Source: Anthoceros angustus (Eukaryota; Plantae; Anthocerotophyta). Taken from it: DNA of 64,000 nucleotides. A program made the translations under genes and the position numbers. Location: NCBI GenBank assembly GCA_010909165.1, contig VJWM01000179.1:372001-436000 (forward strand), written 5' to 3'. Of this stretch, positions 35,401 through 47,962 are shown piece by piece. Each line of letters begins with the position of its first letter. Positions within the stretch are counted from its first letter, which is position 1. A model generated the notes under the pieces. That model saw only the letters and a list, made by a program, of their open reading frames with translations, had not been told where the DNA came from and made no database searches.

Positions 35401-36919
35401 ATGCATGAGTGGGCGGTGGTCTTAGGGCAGCGCCGACAAGCCATAGGCTGCCGCCTTTGTCGAGCGGGAAGGGGGGAACCAATGGACCCAACCCATCTGG
35501 CGAGACAAGGCGAGAGGATCTTGTGCCAAGTTTGGAAGTGCTGGGAAGACATCAACATGGGCGGAAAGTGGGGTTCCGGGCAGCGTAGAAAACATGCAGG
35601 AGCTTTGGGCAAGTACTTTTGGAATTGGGTAAGGTGGTTTGCGTGTTATCCGCGAAATATGGGCCAGTGGTTGGGCGGTGGAAAATGGCGCCGAGGCGGC
35701 TTCGTGCACATGGATTGCACATAGATTGAGAATAGTATTGCCTTTGCAATTGCCTTTGCCATGTGTAGAATCTAACCGGGATGATGTTATACGAGCCTGA
35801 TGGAGGAAGGAGGTATGGAGAAGTGGGAAGGAGGGTGGAGAGGACGTGCGGAAGCCCCAAATCGAAGCGGGTGGACATGGCTGGAAAGTCCGTCTTTGCT
35901 TGAGAGGATGGAGATGGCTCGACCCAGCATATCTCGCTACTGAGGAGGGCGCTCAGTTATGAGGATGGCGGGGAGGCAAACATAGGGCATGGGCGTGTGC
36001 GGAGAGGTGATGCACTAAAGCCACTATCAGCGGTGTGGGAAGCAAAGCCGAGAGGATGAGGTGAGGGCGGCCGGGATATGCCGCATCACATGTTTTTCTG
36101 ACTTTGAAATTGATTCTTGCGGTGCGAAATTGCAGGAGACTTGAGAAACATCGCATCATCGAAGAAGAGCAATGGTCTCGGTCTTGTGGAAGTCAATTCT
36201 TGAGGAATCTGCGGAAAGGCGGCGGAAGCATCGGAAGGCTGCCGATGGGGCGGAGAAAAGGCGGTGCCACGAAGAGCGAAGAACAAAGGAAAGGGAAGCA
36301 CTACAGCCAAGGCACACACCCGTTCATGGAATTATTGGTGCTGCGATTTCAATGTCGTGGTATGGAGTGTACATTTGAATAGGGGCGTAGATGGGGGCGA
36401 AAAGTAGGCCCAGTCCGGCGCATAGGCGCATATCCCGCCACACCTCATGGCGCACCTCGGGCCCTTGCGTGGAGCGACAATGCCTCGGTTACATTATATA
36501 TCGGAGAGGACAATGGACCAAACATGTGTGTGGCCGAAATGGAAGGGTATATCTAGTAATAACATATTACTAATCGGAATGACGAACAATTGAAAACTAC
36601 CTTATTAATGAAGTGTTTTAAATATAGATCGAAATTAATGAAGGAAAGCATCATTATGGCATCCGTCGGAGGCATGTCTGATCATGACAGTACACCCGAC
36701 ATGTGGCGCTCTTCGAACAGGACTATAAACCCATGGGGGAAAAGCAGGTGGATACCAAGTGGGCGCTGCATGCAGGAAATATGCGTGCAGGAGATATGGA
36801 CATGTGAGTATGGGGATGAAAAATGAGGCGCAGCGGCGTGATGGGGCGTGGCTGCTCGGGCGGGGAGAGGAAGCCAAGTGGCGGCCACAGAGCTCACGGG
36901 AAGGGGCCAGTTAAGCTCT

Positions 36920-37101
36920 AACCAAAGGTTACATCCGTTACAAAATCGCTCGGTGCGATAATGTAGCAGCGTGGGTAACATTCTACTCTCAAACCCGCTC
37001 ACGGTTTATTGCCGACAATAACGTTACAAGCAAAGCATTGTTACAAAGCGGGGAATATCGTTACTACAAAGCGTTACAACATCGCCTACTATGGTGTAGT
37101 G
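36920..37101. mobile_element. Orphan CACTA-like terminus with cgttac subterminal repeats
   Basis: Ends tatggtgtagtg (reverse complement CACTACACCATA), with several cgttac(a) motifs upstream. No partner end was found. Confidence 0.4.
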
Positions 37102-39299
37102 TCAGTCTAAACCGAACAGTACCTCCGGATACTCAAACATAAATAGCTTACCTGGAGGCATGGGAGGCGGGTGTGATAGCGGTGGTCTTGATGATCGGGC
37201 CATGGCCTTCCTTCCTCGTTGCCTGTTGTTTTTGTCCAAAGATTTACGGATTTCGGAAGTTTCGAACTCTTCGTTGCCATCTCTGTCTTGCGACTACGAA
37301 TGGAGTCAATAGCGATGGCATAACGATGCGGCCCGAAAGATTTGCGTCAAATGCATAGTCCGATGACCTCAGATTCATCGTTCTTTGTGGGTGTGTAACA
37401 TCTTTCCCCAGCGTGCTTGGAAGAGCACAAGAACCATGACACAAGAGCTTGTTTTCCAAGACTAGGACCAAGGCTATAGCCACACTTGTATCACTTAAAG
37501 CCACAAGGTCCAAGTGACATTGGCGTGATATGATCGGCAAGGCTTAAGCAGCATACATGATTGAGCACACAAACTTTGGACATCGGAAGGCACACATCAC
37601 AATGTTCATAAAGGGTGTAGTTTCCTCGGTCCTCGGTGTGTGTTATATTGGGGACTTTAAATTGGATTATTTCCTTGGATATGCCATAATGCACACCAAT
37701 TTAGGGTAAGCCTTGTTGGAACATCTATCGCACCCCTCATGTTACGGTGTGGCGTAATTGAGGCGTTCAGGCGGGTTTCCTCGTCTTCAAGCTTGAGGAT
37801 TTTTGGTAGCGAGGAGTTCGGTCTTTGTCAGTGTCGTCGCGAGGCAAGGAGGGCCCGTATGCGTCTGGGCGCTAGCACCTCCCAAATTAGAAATCTTGTA
37901 TGCGCCGAGGTTGGTGTTCTATCTTGTGTTGTGGTTCTTATTGGTTGCTCTTGCTCTTGCTCTTATGATCTTGTGTTATGGCTGCTCTTATCACCAGCAA
38001 CATGGGCCAGACGTATGACAAGAAGACTTGCCAAAAGGGCCCTTGTAGCTCGAGATCATGGGAAGCCGAAGAAGCAAAAGAAAAGAAAACCCAAGAAGAT
38101 TCAACAAGCGGCGGTGAGGTGCGCGACAAGATACCGACCCGCGTCTGCGGAGGCAATCCCTCCGCAACCTTGTTCTACCGGTGGCGCGGGATCCGGGGAA
38201 AGCAGCGTCGATTGGAGTGCAGCGAGCTCGGCAAGGCCCTTGTTGCTGGCGGGAGAAAGCGGGTGTTCCCTAAACCCCCTAGGTCGAAGGCGGTGGGAAC
38301 CCAATCCCTCGTCTTATTCATATGAGTGCCATGATGATTGCGCCACACTCATCGAGGTTGAAGAAAGCGATTACATTGGAGAAAGAATGGTTCTTCACCA
38401 GGCTAAAAACGGTGAGAATGTTGTGTGGACTCAATGCCTAAAAGTTGTGGATATATGGCCATATGCGGGCTACACTCTGCCAAACCAAAGTGAGAAATTG
38501 GATGGGTGGTGTGACAGCTGCTGACTGATGAAGCGAGGACCCGAGTTATTTTGCTTCATTTGAGCATGACACTCGTCCATGAGATGAAAATGGGTGTTTG
38601 CATTGAGTGCTAGTCATGAATGCCGGAAGTCAAAACCCGGTCACTAAGAAATTTGTTTTGGAAGTTCACCCAATTAGTATGTAGTCACATGTATAGTATA
38701 TATTTGGCCTTACCAAATGTAGTCTCGCCTTATTGAATCAAAGGGCTACGTAGCGCGACTTTACGTGCGGCCGAGCGCACAATCCGGAAATGTCGTTGTA
38801 GGAAGAGTCCGTTCCCAAGGAATGATAGGCTCCGTTTGCAGCGTTGGTGATTCTTACCTCACTGCGTCGACTCTCAGCGACATTCATCGTTCTAACTACC
38901 ATAGCGTTCGCAGGCCCGGTGTGGCCAAAGCGTTTAGGGACCCGTTCGCGTCCGTCGTTCACGTTAATCGCACTTTCTCTGGTCCTCTCTCCTCACTACA
39001 CTCCGGTCTTAGGAAGCGGGCTACGGTCCGGACCTCCTCGTCGTTCTGGGCCTCTCCGTCCGGGCTCTACGCCCTCCGGGTTCCTCGGCTCCACGTTCGG
39101 TCCGTTCGTGCTGGGCGGCTCGGGCGAACCGGGTCCCGATCACCCTTCCTGCACACACCACAACACGTTAGGTCCGTCACGACCAGTCAATCTCCGGGGT
39201 TCGTGCACCTTTCGGTGACTCGGGACTCACGTTAGAAGACACACAAAGCAGAGCAGCGGCATCAACACCAAGAGAAGATGATTTGGCGACCTCGGCCCT

Positions 39300-39305
39300 C
39301 TTATA
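39300..39305 (-). promoter_or_regulatory. Candidate LTR TATA box (also at 49588-49593)
   Basis: Minus-strand gagTATAAGagggccg is conserved in both LTRs, ~550 bp from the LTR 3' end. Confidence 0.5.
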
Positions 39306-39759
39306 CTCGCCAGTCGGCGCCTTTATTACACCCTATTACGGCGTGGCCATTTCGGCCCTAATCGGCGCCTACCATCCTATTCCCTCCTATCTCCTTGTCG
39401 GTGGTGGGAAGGTCCGGGTTCGCCTCGGGATTGGTGGTCAATCTCCCGACGGCATTGCGGGCGCGCAATCGGATGATCCGAGGACCCCTTCCTCTTCCGG
39501 AATCACATCGGGTTGGGCTCGGCGGTCGGCGAGGTCGTTTTCAGTTCCCCATGGGTCCCCTCGGTGGGGCCGCATTGTCTGCTCCCCAGCGTAAGTCGAG
39601 GGACTCCTCCTTCAGTCCGGACCTCGGGGTCCGGTCCTCTCAGTCGGAACCTCGAGTCCTCCTTACAGTCGGTCTGAGTCGGTCTCATCTCTGAGGTTCG
39701 GACCTCGGTCCGAACTTGTCTGGGAGTCCAGGTCGGGACCTGGACCTCTTCGCTGGGTC

Positions 39760-42600
39760 CTCATCCCTTCCACCCTTGTCTTGGGTCTTGGCTCCTCCTT
39801 CCACTCCCCTTCGGGCCCCCTCTATCTCCGGCGGGTTGCGGGGACTTACCACAGTGGTCGTTGTCGCGTCTGCTCCTCTGATGCTCTTCTCCCTCCGTCG
39901 TCTCCAAGCAGGCCACTAGAGTCCCCGTCTTGTCCCATGCCCCTTCATCCCAGGCCTTCCGAGTCCGTCTAGCGGTGGGCGGGGCTTGATGAGCTCGGTG
40001 TGGTAATAGGCAAAGTCGAATCAACTTGATTGCCTCTTCCACGTGTGCGGGCACCGATACTCCCTTCGCCATAGGTGCTCGGGTGGCGTCTTTGCCCGGC
40101 TTGTTGGACCACCTCCTCCGAGTTTGGCGGTGGGCGGGCCGCTTGAGGCTGAGGCGGCCTCGGTCTGCAACCTTGCTGTTGCTCACTGCTCCTCCGTCGT
40201 TTCGCTCCGGCTGCTTACCGCCATAGCGCGGCGTTCCCTTCGCCTTTCTCCTGGACCAGCGGCTTCTTTTGCGTCCGGTGCCCTCGCTCCTCGTTCATAC
40301 GGCGTCTCCGCCATCTCCCTCTCGGGGCGGTGGCACTCTGCCCGTGAGCCGAGTCCTTCTCCATTTGGCGGCGTCCTGCTCCTGTTCCGCCGCCCGTCCT
40401 CCGTCCGCCAGCAGGCTGGGCGCTCTATTTCGTTGTTCGCGATCACGCCTGCGAACTACCATTCCTCTCAATGGTAGTTTGGGCTGACTCAAGGTCTCCT
40501 TGCGGTCTTCCATCTCCACCGCCGCTCCACCTCCTTGTGGCCGGAGATCCTCCATCTCCTTGCGCGTGCTTCCTCCTCCTCGGCATGGTGGCGCACTCTG
40601 CTTGCCTCACCTCCTTCTTGAGTTGGCTTGTCCCCGTCTCCCTCCACCGGTTCGATCACCGATAGTGATCGTCGATCTTGCGTGACTTCCGCCTCCCTTC
40701 GCCTTCACAGGCTTGCCCATTTGGCGGTCGGTCGGGGCCGCCTCCGCCGCCCACGAGCCTTCTCCTTCGGGGCCTCCTGCCTCTGCTGCGCTTCCCCCTC
40801 CGCTGCGAGGTCCTTCAGCTTGGGCCTCCCTGCACTGCTGCTCACCGGTGAAGGAATTTAGTCGGTCCTGCGGATGGACGGACTTCCCTCTCGGCCTCCG
40901 GCGTTTCCCTTCCTCAATCGGCGAGCTTGCCTTCCTCCTTGCCTCCACAGGCCCCCTCAGCTGCTCACGGAGGAGTACCATCGCCTCGGGTGGCTTCTAC
41001 CTCACAGGTCTTCTCGGCCATCCCGAGACCCCAAAGCATCGTCCATGGCGGTAGCAGGACCCGTGTTTCTTCCACGGCCGCAGTGAGGCTCCCACAAAGT
41101 CCGTAGTGGAGGCGGGCATTTCGATCCAGGACCTCCATACCATGATCAGTAAGTCGGTGGGTTCTCGGACCTAATCGGGACCCTTAGGTCTGAGTCTTGG
41201 CTCGGAGCTTCACCCTCCTTGGCCCTCTTGGCGCGAGCTCCTTCTCGCCTCTTTTCTCACAGGGCTCGGAGGAGGTGAGGGGTCAGGAGCAAGCCCTTTG
41301 CCCCTTCACAGCCGGGGCAGGGGCCGGCTCGAGTGGCTGCCGGTGACCTCCTGCTCCTGGCGTCCCTTCTGCCCTCCTTCGCCTCTTGCTTCCCACTCGT
41401 GGGCGGGGGGTAAGAATCTTGGAGTCTGCGTTGGTGGCTGGTCTTGCGCTCTTGGTTCCCTTGGTCGTGAGGCTCTGGGTGTTGGTGGGGGCTGCAGTGC
41501 TCGTTCCCTCTGTGGTTGCTTGGGGGGCACCGGAGGAGGAGGCGGGGTTCTTCCCATACTTCCACAGGTGGTGAGGGGTCCGTTCGACGTATGGAGTCAG
41601 GAATCCTCGATCGTCCTCCTCCGGTCCGTTTGGCCTTGTGCCTCCCACCTCGGCGCCCACGCTCCACTTCGCGGGGCCTCCGGTCCCGGGCGCCGCTCAG
41701 CTCTCCCTCCTTGAGGAGCTCGAAATGTCCCCATACATGGATCGGTATGGGGCGGCCAGATAAGGCTTCTCGCTCCTGCTTGCGGCCTCTGGCCCAGGCG
41801 AAGATAATCCAGTCCGCCCTCTTCCCCAGCGCATGCGGGAATACCAGATTATCACCAAGGTGATCCACCTTGGTGGTGAGTTCAATGGACAATGATCCGG
41901 GCTACTCGCCTTATCCGGGTCGGATATCAACCCGTTGGTGGTCCTGCGTCGAGCCCTCGCGCTTGCGGCCCTATCTTCCTTCGCCTTGAGGGGCTCGCTC
42001 CCCTTCTTCCTCCTTTGGGCGGTTGTAGGCGCCCTCGGGACCTCAAGGTCCATCGCCTGGGTCCTCCGGAGGTTCTTGGACCGCACCTCCCTGAGCCAGC
42101 ATCTTCGCGAACTCCGGACGGTGTGGTCAAGCGTCGAACCATGGAACACATCCAAATGCCACTCCTCACCAATTCCCGCTTCCTCGGCGGGCCCAAAGTC
42201 CGGATAGCGCGGGTCACAATGTTGCGCTCCACAGGTTCCATGGCTCCCAAACTTCCAGGCTTTTGGGTGCCATCGCCTTCTTCTCCCTTGTCTTGTGGCT
42301 TGGCCGGGCGGCACGTCGCCTCTTCGCGCGTTGCTCCAACTCAGCGGTGAGCCACGCTCGAAGGTGTCCCGAGATAGCGCCCGAGCGGGTTGCGGCGCAA
42401 GGCGAAATTGTCTCGGTGCGCGTGACCTTCCCCTTGACGCGCCGGGAGTAACGGCGGGCGGGCGCCTCTTCCTGTCATGGCGCAGTGCACGCGGCTTACT
42501 CGACCTTCGCCTCCGCTTACTCGGCCTTCGCGCGCGACTGCGCGCCTCGCGCGGCGGGCGTGAATACCTGCGGGCTCGGTCCTGCATGCCGTCCTCCACT
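39760..42600 (-). pseudogene. Coding-like accessory region inside the LTR (second copy at ~49980-52950)
   Basis: ORFs 41697-42599 and 41257-41892. Peptides SIEL.TKVDHLGDN, AQHCDPRYPDFGP and GRPIPIHVWG recur in both LTRs, which is expected from DNA identity alone. No domain was securely recognised. Confidence 0.45.
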
Positions 42601-42840
42601 CGGGGCGTCCCGTGGCGTCGCCTAATCCGTCCTCAGCTCAACTTCTAAGTTACTTTCCTGGCGTACTTATCTGTTTGACCGGAGTGGGTCGGACTTATCC
42701 GTTACCCGTGGCGTACGCATAGTGTGCGTTCCTCTCCGGTATACTCGAGTCGTCCGGTGCTATCCATTCCTCCTTTTCCGCCTTTATCCTTCTCCTAAAA
42801 AACAAACCCTACCTAACCCCCGAAGTCCGTAGTCCACATA

Positions 42841-42850
42841 CTCCCCTTCT
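42841..42850 (-). other. Polypurine tract
   Basis: Minus-strand AGAAGGGGAG-ta-TGT lies just after the integrase end. Confidence 0.65.
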
Positions 42851-45800
42851 CACATTGGCGTCTCGCCAACACAGTACTTTTCACCCGCCACCCGTTCACC
42901 CAGTGGGCGGTTCACCATCCAAGCGCGGTGAGCGGACCCATTGGGTATACCTTGCCACTTGGTAAGGTCCCATCCATCGTAGGTGGAGTTTACAGGAAGT
43001 GCATATGGCGGTCATCGTAAAGGGCCAAATCTCCCTCCTTCACATACTCACGATTCCGGCGCTGTCATGCCACGGCTTGCGTTGATTACATGCGATTGCA
43101 TTGTTGCGCCTCTTCCGACCCTCAGTATCTTTGAACAAACCCTAGCAAGCGCTCGGTTGGCTCTCTTCATCCGTTAAGCGCCTTTCCATCATGACTCGGT
43201 GTTGGCACCTCAAACTCTACCGGCATAACGGGTGAGTGCCCATAGACCGAATGTCTCGGAGTTCGTTGCGTGGTTACCTTCTCTGCGTCGAGCGCCCGCG
43301 GATGGCGGCTTTGTATCGATCGTGCGCATAGTTAAAAGCTTATTGAGGATGCGGCGGATAAGTCCTCTGGTCTTCAATCCGTTGGCCTTGGTTGTAGGGG
43401 GCGTTTCGATGTGTGATGCGAAAAGTCCGTCATTGCGGTTATCACATCATTGAGGAAATGGGTTCCCCTAAACACCAGGACACCCATACCTTGTGATGAT
43501 GTTTCGTGAGGAATTTGGCCACCGTGCTTGAGTCCGTTCGGTAGCGAGCTTCACCCACAGTGCGATGTCGTTGCCACCAAGATGTACCGCTTTTGTGTGT
43601 GCCTGGGTTGGGCGTATAGGTCCAGCAGTCGATGCCCACTTCTCAAAAGGCGCTAGTGCTAGTATGGGCACTAACGGCCATTGTGTTGTGGTCGGCTTCC
43701 GATCCGACAAGCATCACACTTCTTCACAATTGGTGTGTTTCCCCATACATGGTGGGCCACGGTACCTCAAGATTTTCTTGGTGGTGACTGTATTGCATAA
43801 TGTCCACCTAGTCCTTCGTGCATCCCTTTATTACCACCTCCGTCTCACTTTGTTGGAGTACCTTCGTTCCACGTCGGCCACCTTAAAGATGCAATTATAC
43901 TAAAAGGCGGCGTAGTGCACAAAGGCACCCTGGACCGGTTCGATTCGTTTGGTAGCTCCATCTCCCATAGGTACCGTTCCAACTCCATGAGGCCGCCCCT
44001 GCGTCGCTCCCTTCTCCCGCGTGGGTCCGCTGTTCCACTTAGGGTTTGTCCATTTGCTCCTCTACCTCCTCCTCTATCGCGCCACCAATTCCTCATCCGG
44101 GAAGGCGTCCTATCTGCGGGGGCTCCGTCTTTAATGGACAAGTCGGCGTTTTGGTGTTGCCGCCCTTGCCTAGTCTCCACCTCAAATGTGAACTCACTGT
44201 AGCAGAATCCACCTCGTTAAAGGACAAGTGCCTTGTTCACCAAAGTGCTTGGTAGTGATCAACATAGAACACAAACTCATTGGGCGAAGGTAGTGTGAAT
44301 TTCTTAGCCGTATACCATTCCAATGCCTCTCGCTCCGTAGTAGTGTACCTCCGTTCCGTCGTGGTCATCTTCGTAGTAGATTGGGTGATCCCTCCGTTTA
44401 TCATCTTTTGGTGAGCACTACTCGATGGCGGTGACACATCCACATACACATGGAATCGCTTTCCCGGTCCGGTCCTTTGTCTTGGGGCCAGACAGTGGTG
44501 CAGGTCTCGAATGCCGCCTCCCTTTACGGCGTCCGGTCCATTCTTCCTCCTTCTGAGTAGCTCGTTAGCGGCCCTTTGCAAAATCTTGGATGAAAGTAAC
44601 CCACCATGCCGGGAATCCCGTAACTCCTTCAAGTTCGTTGGCGGGTGAGGGATGGATGACTTTCACCTTGTCTTGGTCCACCTCTATCCCTCCCGACACC
44701 CGGTGTCCCAACAAGATTCCCTCTGTCATGCAGTAGCATTTCTCGGATGCGAGCACGTTGAGTCTCCTACAGTTCCAAACACTTCATGTCCAGCGTGTTT
44801 GTCCTCTCTCCGTGCACAGTCGTCCAGAACACCTCCATGAAGTCCCTCGGAATTCCGGAAGGCGTTGGTCACCATCCGCATAAATGATCCGGGTGCTCTG
44901 TCATCCGAAGGCACCGTTTGTAGGCAAGCGTCCCCACTCCGTGGTGAATGTTGTCTTATCGTCAGAACTCCCTTAGGTGCGGTGGTTGTGGAGTAGCCAT
45001 CAAGAAGGAGTAGGTACTCGTCGCCACCTTGTCGATTATATGTCCACAAAGGGCATGGGAAATGGTCCTTCTCGTGGCGGCGTTAAGCTTTCTCCGATCT
45101 GGCAGACGAATACATCTGCTTCTTGACGACAACAATGGCGCCACCCACTCCTTGTTCACGATTGGGAAGATGATGTCGCCTTCGGATACTTATCCGGGAC
45201 TTCCTTGACCTTGGCGAGTGCTTGGGATTGATTTATCTTGCCTAATCCGAGCAGGCACGCTCACGGCAGATCTATCGGTGTTACTTTGTTTGAATGCCCT
45301 TCATATCGTGACCTTGAAAGCGAACACCTCGCTGAATTCCCCAACAATTGTGAGGTCTTGTTTAACTCATGGCATACCCTTGCGGAATTTAGGAATTTCC
45401 AGGCGAACCTCCACGTCTTCCACATCGTCGGGTTGGCCGTCTCTCTTTCCCTCGCTTCGCTCAAAGCCATCATCCTCCATCGGTTCATCTTCACGCATTC
45501 CCCACTCTCGGAAGAGTTCGTCGAGGTGAAGGGTTACTTCTTGAGGTCCTCCTCATCCGTGGGTTCCCCTTTTTTCTCCCAGCGCGACTTCCACTTGGAA
45601 ACAAGCTGATCACCTCGCTCCAAAGTGTCCCTCCGGTAATCCATCTCCTTCTTGGACCACGAGATTTTGGGAAAGGGTAGTCCTCATTCGTATCCTCGCG
45701 CTCATCGTCCCCACTTGTCTTGACGGAGGTGTACCCTGTGGTGCTTGGTTTCACCACAGTGTGTCCTTACTCAGTGTAATACCGTCCTTCCCTCACCTTG

Positions 45801-46300
45801 GATCCCGTCCAGCGGCAGTGTATTTCCTTCCTTCAGTGTAGTTTTGTCAGCGAGTCGGCCAGCTAGCGACCTCGTACCCCGAGGTCGCGGGTCGATGACG
45901 AAATCTAATGTATAGGGGCTCCGCTATGGTGGCTTGGACTCGGGACAACTCCCTGTGGCGCATGTCGCCATCACGAGGGTTTTGGTGGATGGCTCGAAGG
46001 TGAACCCGGCCGTCTTGCGGTGGCCTCGGTGATGAGGTTCACTCGACCCGTGTCGAGCACGTTTTAATACACACCCGCAATTTCACGAACCACTGGCGCC
46101 CGAGTCGTGAGATACTACCCTTACCTCCACGTTCTTGCCCTTAGGGCCAAGGGTTTATTGGTGTCTCCAATGGCCTCGGACTTCTGCCGATGCCGGGTTG
46201 TCTTTCGCCTAAGGGACACCAAGTGTTGTTGGTCCATCATCAAGTCGGCCACCTTGAAAGGCGTGGTGGCTCCTTTGCGTCAGCGTCGCCTTGACCTTCG
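42850..46300 (-). pseudogene. pol: pol: aspartic protease, reverse transcriptase, RNase H, integrase (frameshifted)
   Basis: RT: EWVAPL, RKLNAAT, LLDGYS, GILLGHRVS.GIEVDQDKVKVI. RNase H: FHVYVD, TTERRYTTTEREAL, EFVFYVDH. Integrase: VPILALAPFEKWGID, terminal VNGWRVKKY. The protease at ~46000-46300 is weakly visible. Confidence 0.88.
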
Positions 46301-46349
46301 GTGCTCGCCACACTCTGGTGGTCGGACCACTCAGGTCTGTCGGGTTCTT

Positions 46350-47962
46350 CTTGAAGCATCTCGGTCACTTCTCGGACCACATCCGGTGGGGCGGGTGTTG
46401 CCTTGGGTGAGTCCGCTTCTCGCGGGGTTTTTTCTTCTTGGCGGCTGCCGGTTAACTCGTCCTCTTTGGCGGGGCCTCCTTCAGTGTTCCGTCCTCCGTA
46501 TCCGTGGGACTATCCCATTTTCTTCCTCTTAAATGTCTCCTTCCTTCGCTCCTTTCGGCGACTCGGGTTGACACTTCTTCCGGTCTTCTCCTCCTTGTCT
46601 TGCCCGTACCCTCGTTCCAAGCTCCTCGGTGCCTCCTCCCACTCCATTGTGCGTCTTCAATTGTGGCGCCTTAGGGAGGGCGTGGTGTCGCGGCTCCCGG
46701 GGTGGCGCGTCCTCGGCGAGATTCGGACACAAGCTGCCATGTGCCCGCCTTACAATCTCCACAGGCGTTCAAAGTCCCGTTACCTTGCGGTGGGGTATGG
46801 GCAGCGTTGGAGTAGTGCGGGGTTCCCACAGTTCCAGACCACCGCCACGAGAATTCTGGAGGGGCTCCCATGCGTCTTGCGCCAGTCGATGCAGCGGATG
46901 GACCAGCCGTGGGGTACGTCAGGATCTGGTCCGGTGGTGCTTCTTGCACTTGGTATGCATCCTCCTTTGTTCCTCGGACTCTTCCCGTAGTCATACTCCA
47001 CGGTTCCGCAGTGCGGAGGCGTTGGCCTTGAATGCCCATGTTGGTGACACACGCACACCACAGATGAGTCCGGACCGTGGTGGCGCCTTCGCCGTTCTTT
47101 ATCCTTCACGGTTGATCGTCAACTCCTCCACCCTCTTCATTACCGTTCTAGATCTTCCCTCGGCCCGCTACTTCCTTCAAAGGAGGTGGGTCGAGGACCT
47201 CTTGCGGGCATCATGACCTCCTTCTTTTCCACCCTCACGACTCGGGCTTCTTCTTATTCTTGAGGTTCTTCTTCTTCCATGACATCCTCAGTTCTTCTTG
47301 AGTCCTCTTCCTCCTCCTCCGTGCTACCTCGGTCTCATCATCCTCCTCTTGGGGTTCTTCATCTTGATCCGACCCCGTTTCTTCTTCTTCTTCTTTCCTC
47401 CTGGAGGCGTCCTCGGCCGTCGTTGGTGCATCGATTCTTCATAGTTCTCCGCCGGACCGCCTTGCTCACATCCTTCTCTGCCAACAGCAGCACGTGCTTA
47501 GCCATTGGCTTGGATAAGCCAGCTGCGAACCAACGTCACTTTGCATGGTGTGTGTGGGTGTCGGTCCGGCGTAGAACCGTTCGATGTACGATCCCAACTT
47601 CTCCGTCTTGCCTCGCTTCAGGTTCTCGAGTTTGGACAAGACGTAGCCTTCTTGATCGATTCACGGAATCTTTCTAGAAGGCATCCTTCAATCTTGAAGG
47701 TTGCGGGGGCGTTACGGTGGCGGTACCCTCCCAGGTACCGTTGTCCCCGGGACCCCTTGGAGCAATTTGGATGGTGCGCATCGAACCTTCTCCGTTGAAG
47801 TTGCGCGACACGAAATCCTCCACGAAGGTTTGGCGTCTCTCTCCTTCTTACCTCCAAAGAGAATCGCTTGGTCGGCGTTGTTGCCATCTCGCGATCGGCA
47901 AGGGGTTGAGGAACCGCTCCCCGCGACTTGGTCTTCCTCCTCACGATCGACAACTCCACCAC
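46350..47962 (-). pseudogene. gag: gag-like region
   Basis: Lies between the PBS and the protease. MATTPTKRFS, FGGKKERD..FVEDF, LKDAFL and VLSKLENLKRGKTEKLGSYIERF are pieced across frames, with Cys/His remnants at ~46500-47100. Confidence 0.6.

Larger units (their letters stand above)
38749..42838 (-). repeat. 3' LTR, ~4.1 kb
   Basis: On the minus strand it starts TGTGGAC two bases after the PPT. The inner-equivalent end at 38749 is cgt-agcgcgactt versus tgt-ggcgcgactt at 49033. It is colinear with 49033-53190 throughout. Confidence 0.7.

Noticed and set aside
35400-36320. Minus-strand HGKGNC and NQFQS motifs suggesting another Sola2-like transposase
   Set aside because: Only two short motifs in different frames, and the surrounding conserved blocks are absent.
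37739-38524. 261-aa plus-strand ORF
   Set aside because: It has patchwork composition (simple repeats, Lys-rich patch) and no recognisable domain. It cannot be supported as a gene without a search.
38749-39580. Alternative model of a short ~0.8-kb LTR with two tandem elements
   Set aside because: Disfavoured, not excluded: the PPT-TGT at 42838-42850 and the homology end at 53189 both point to the long LTR.
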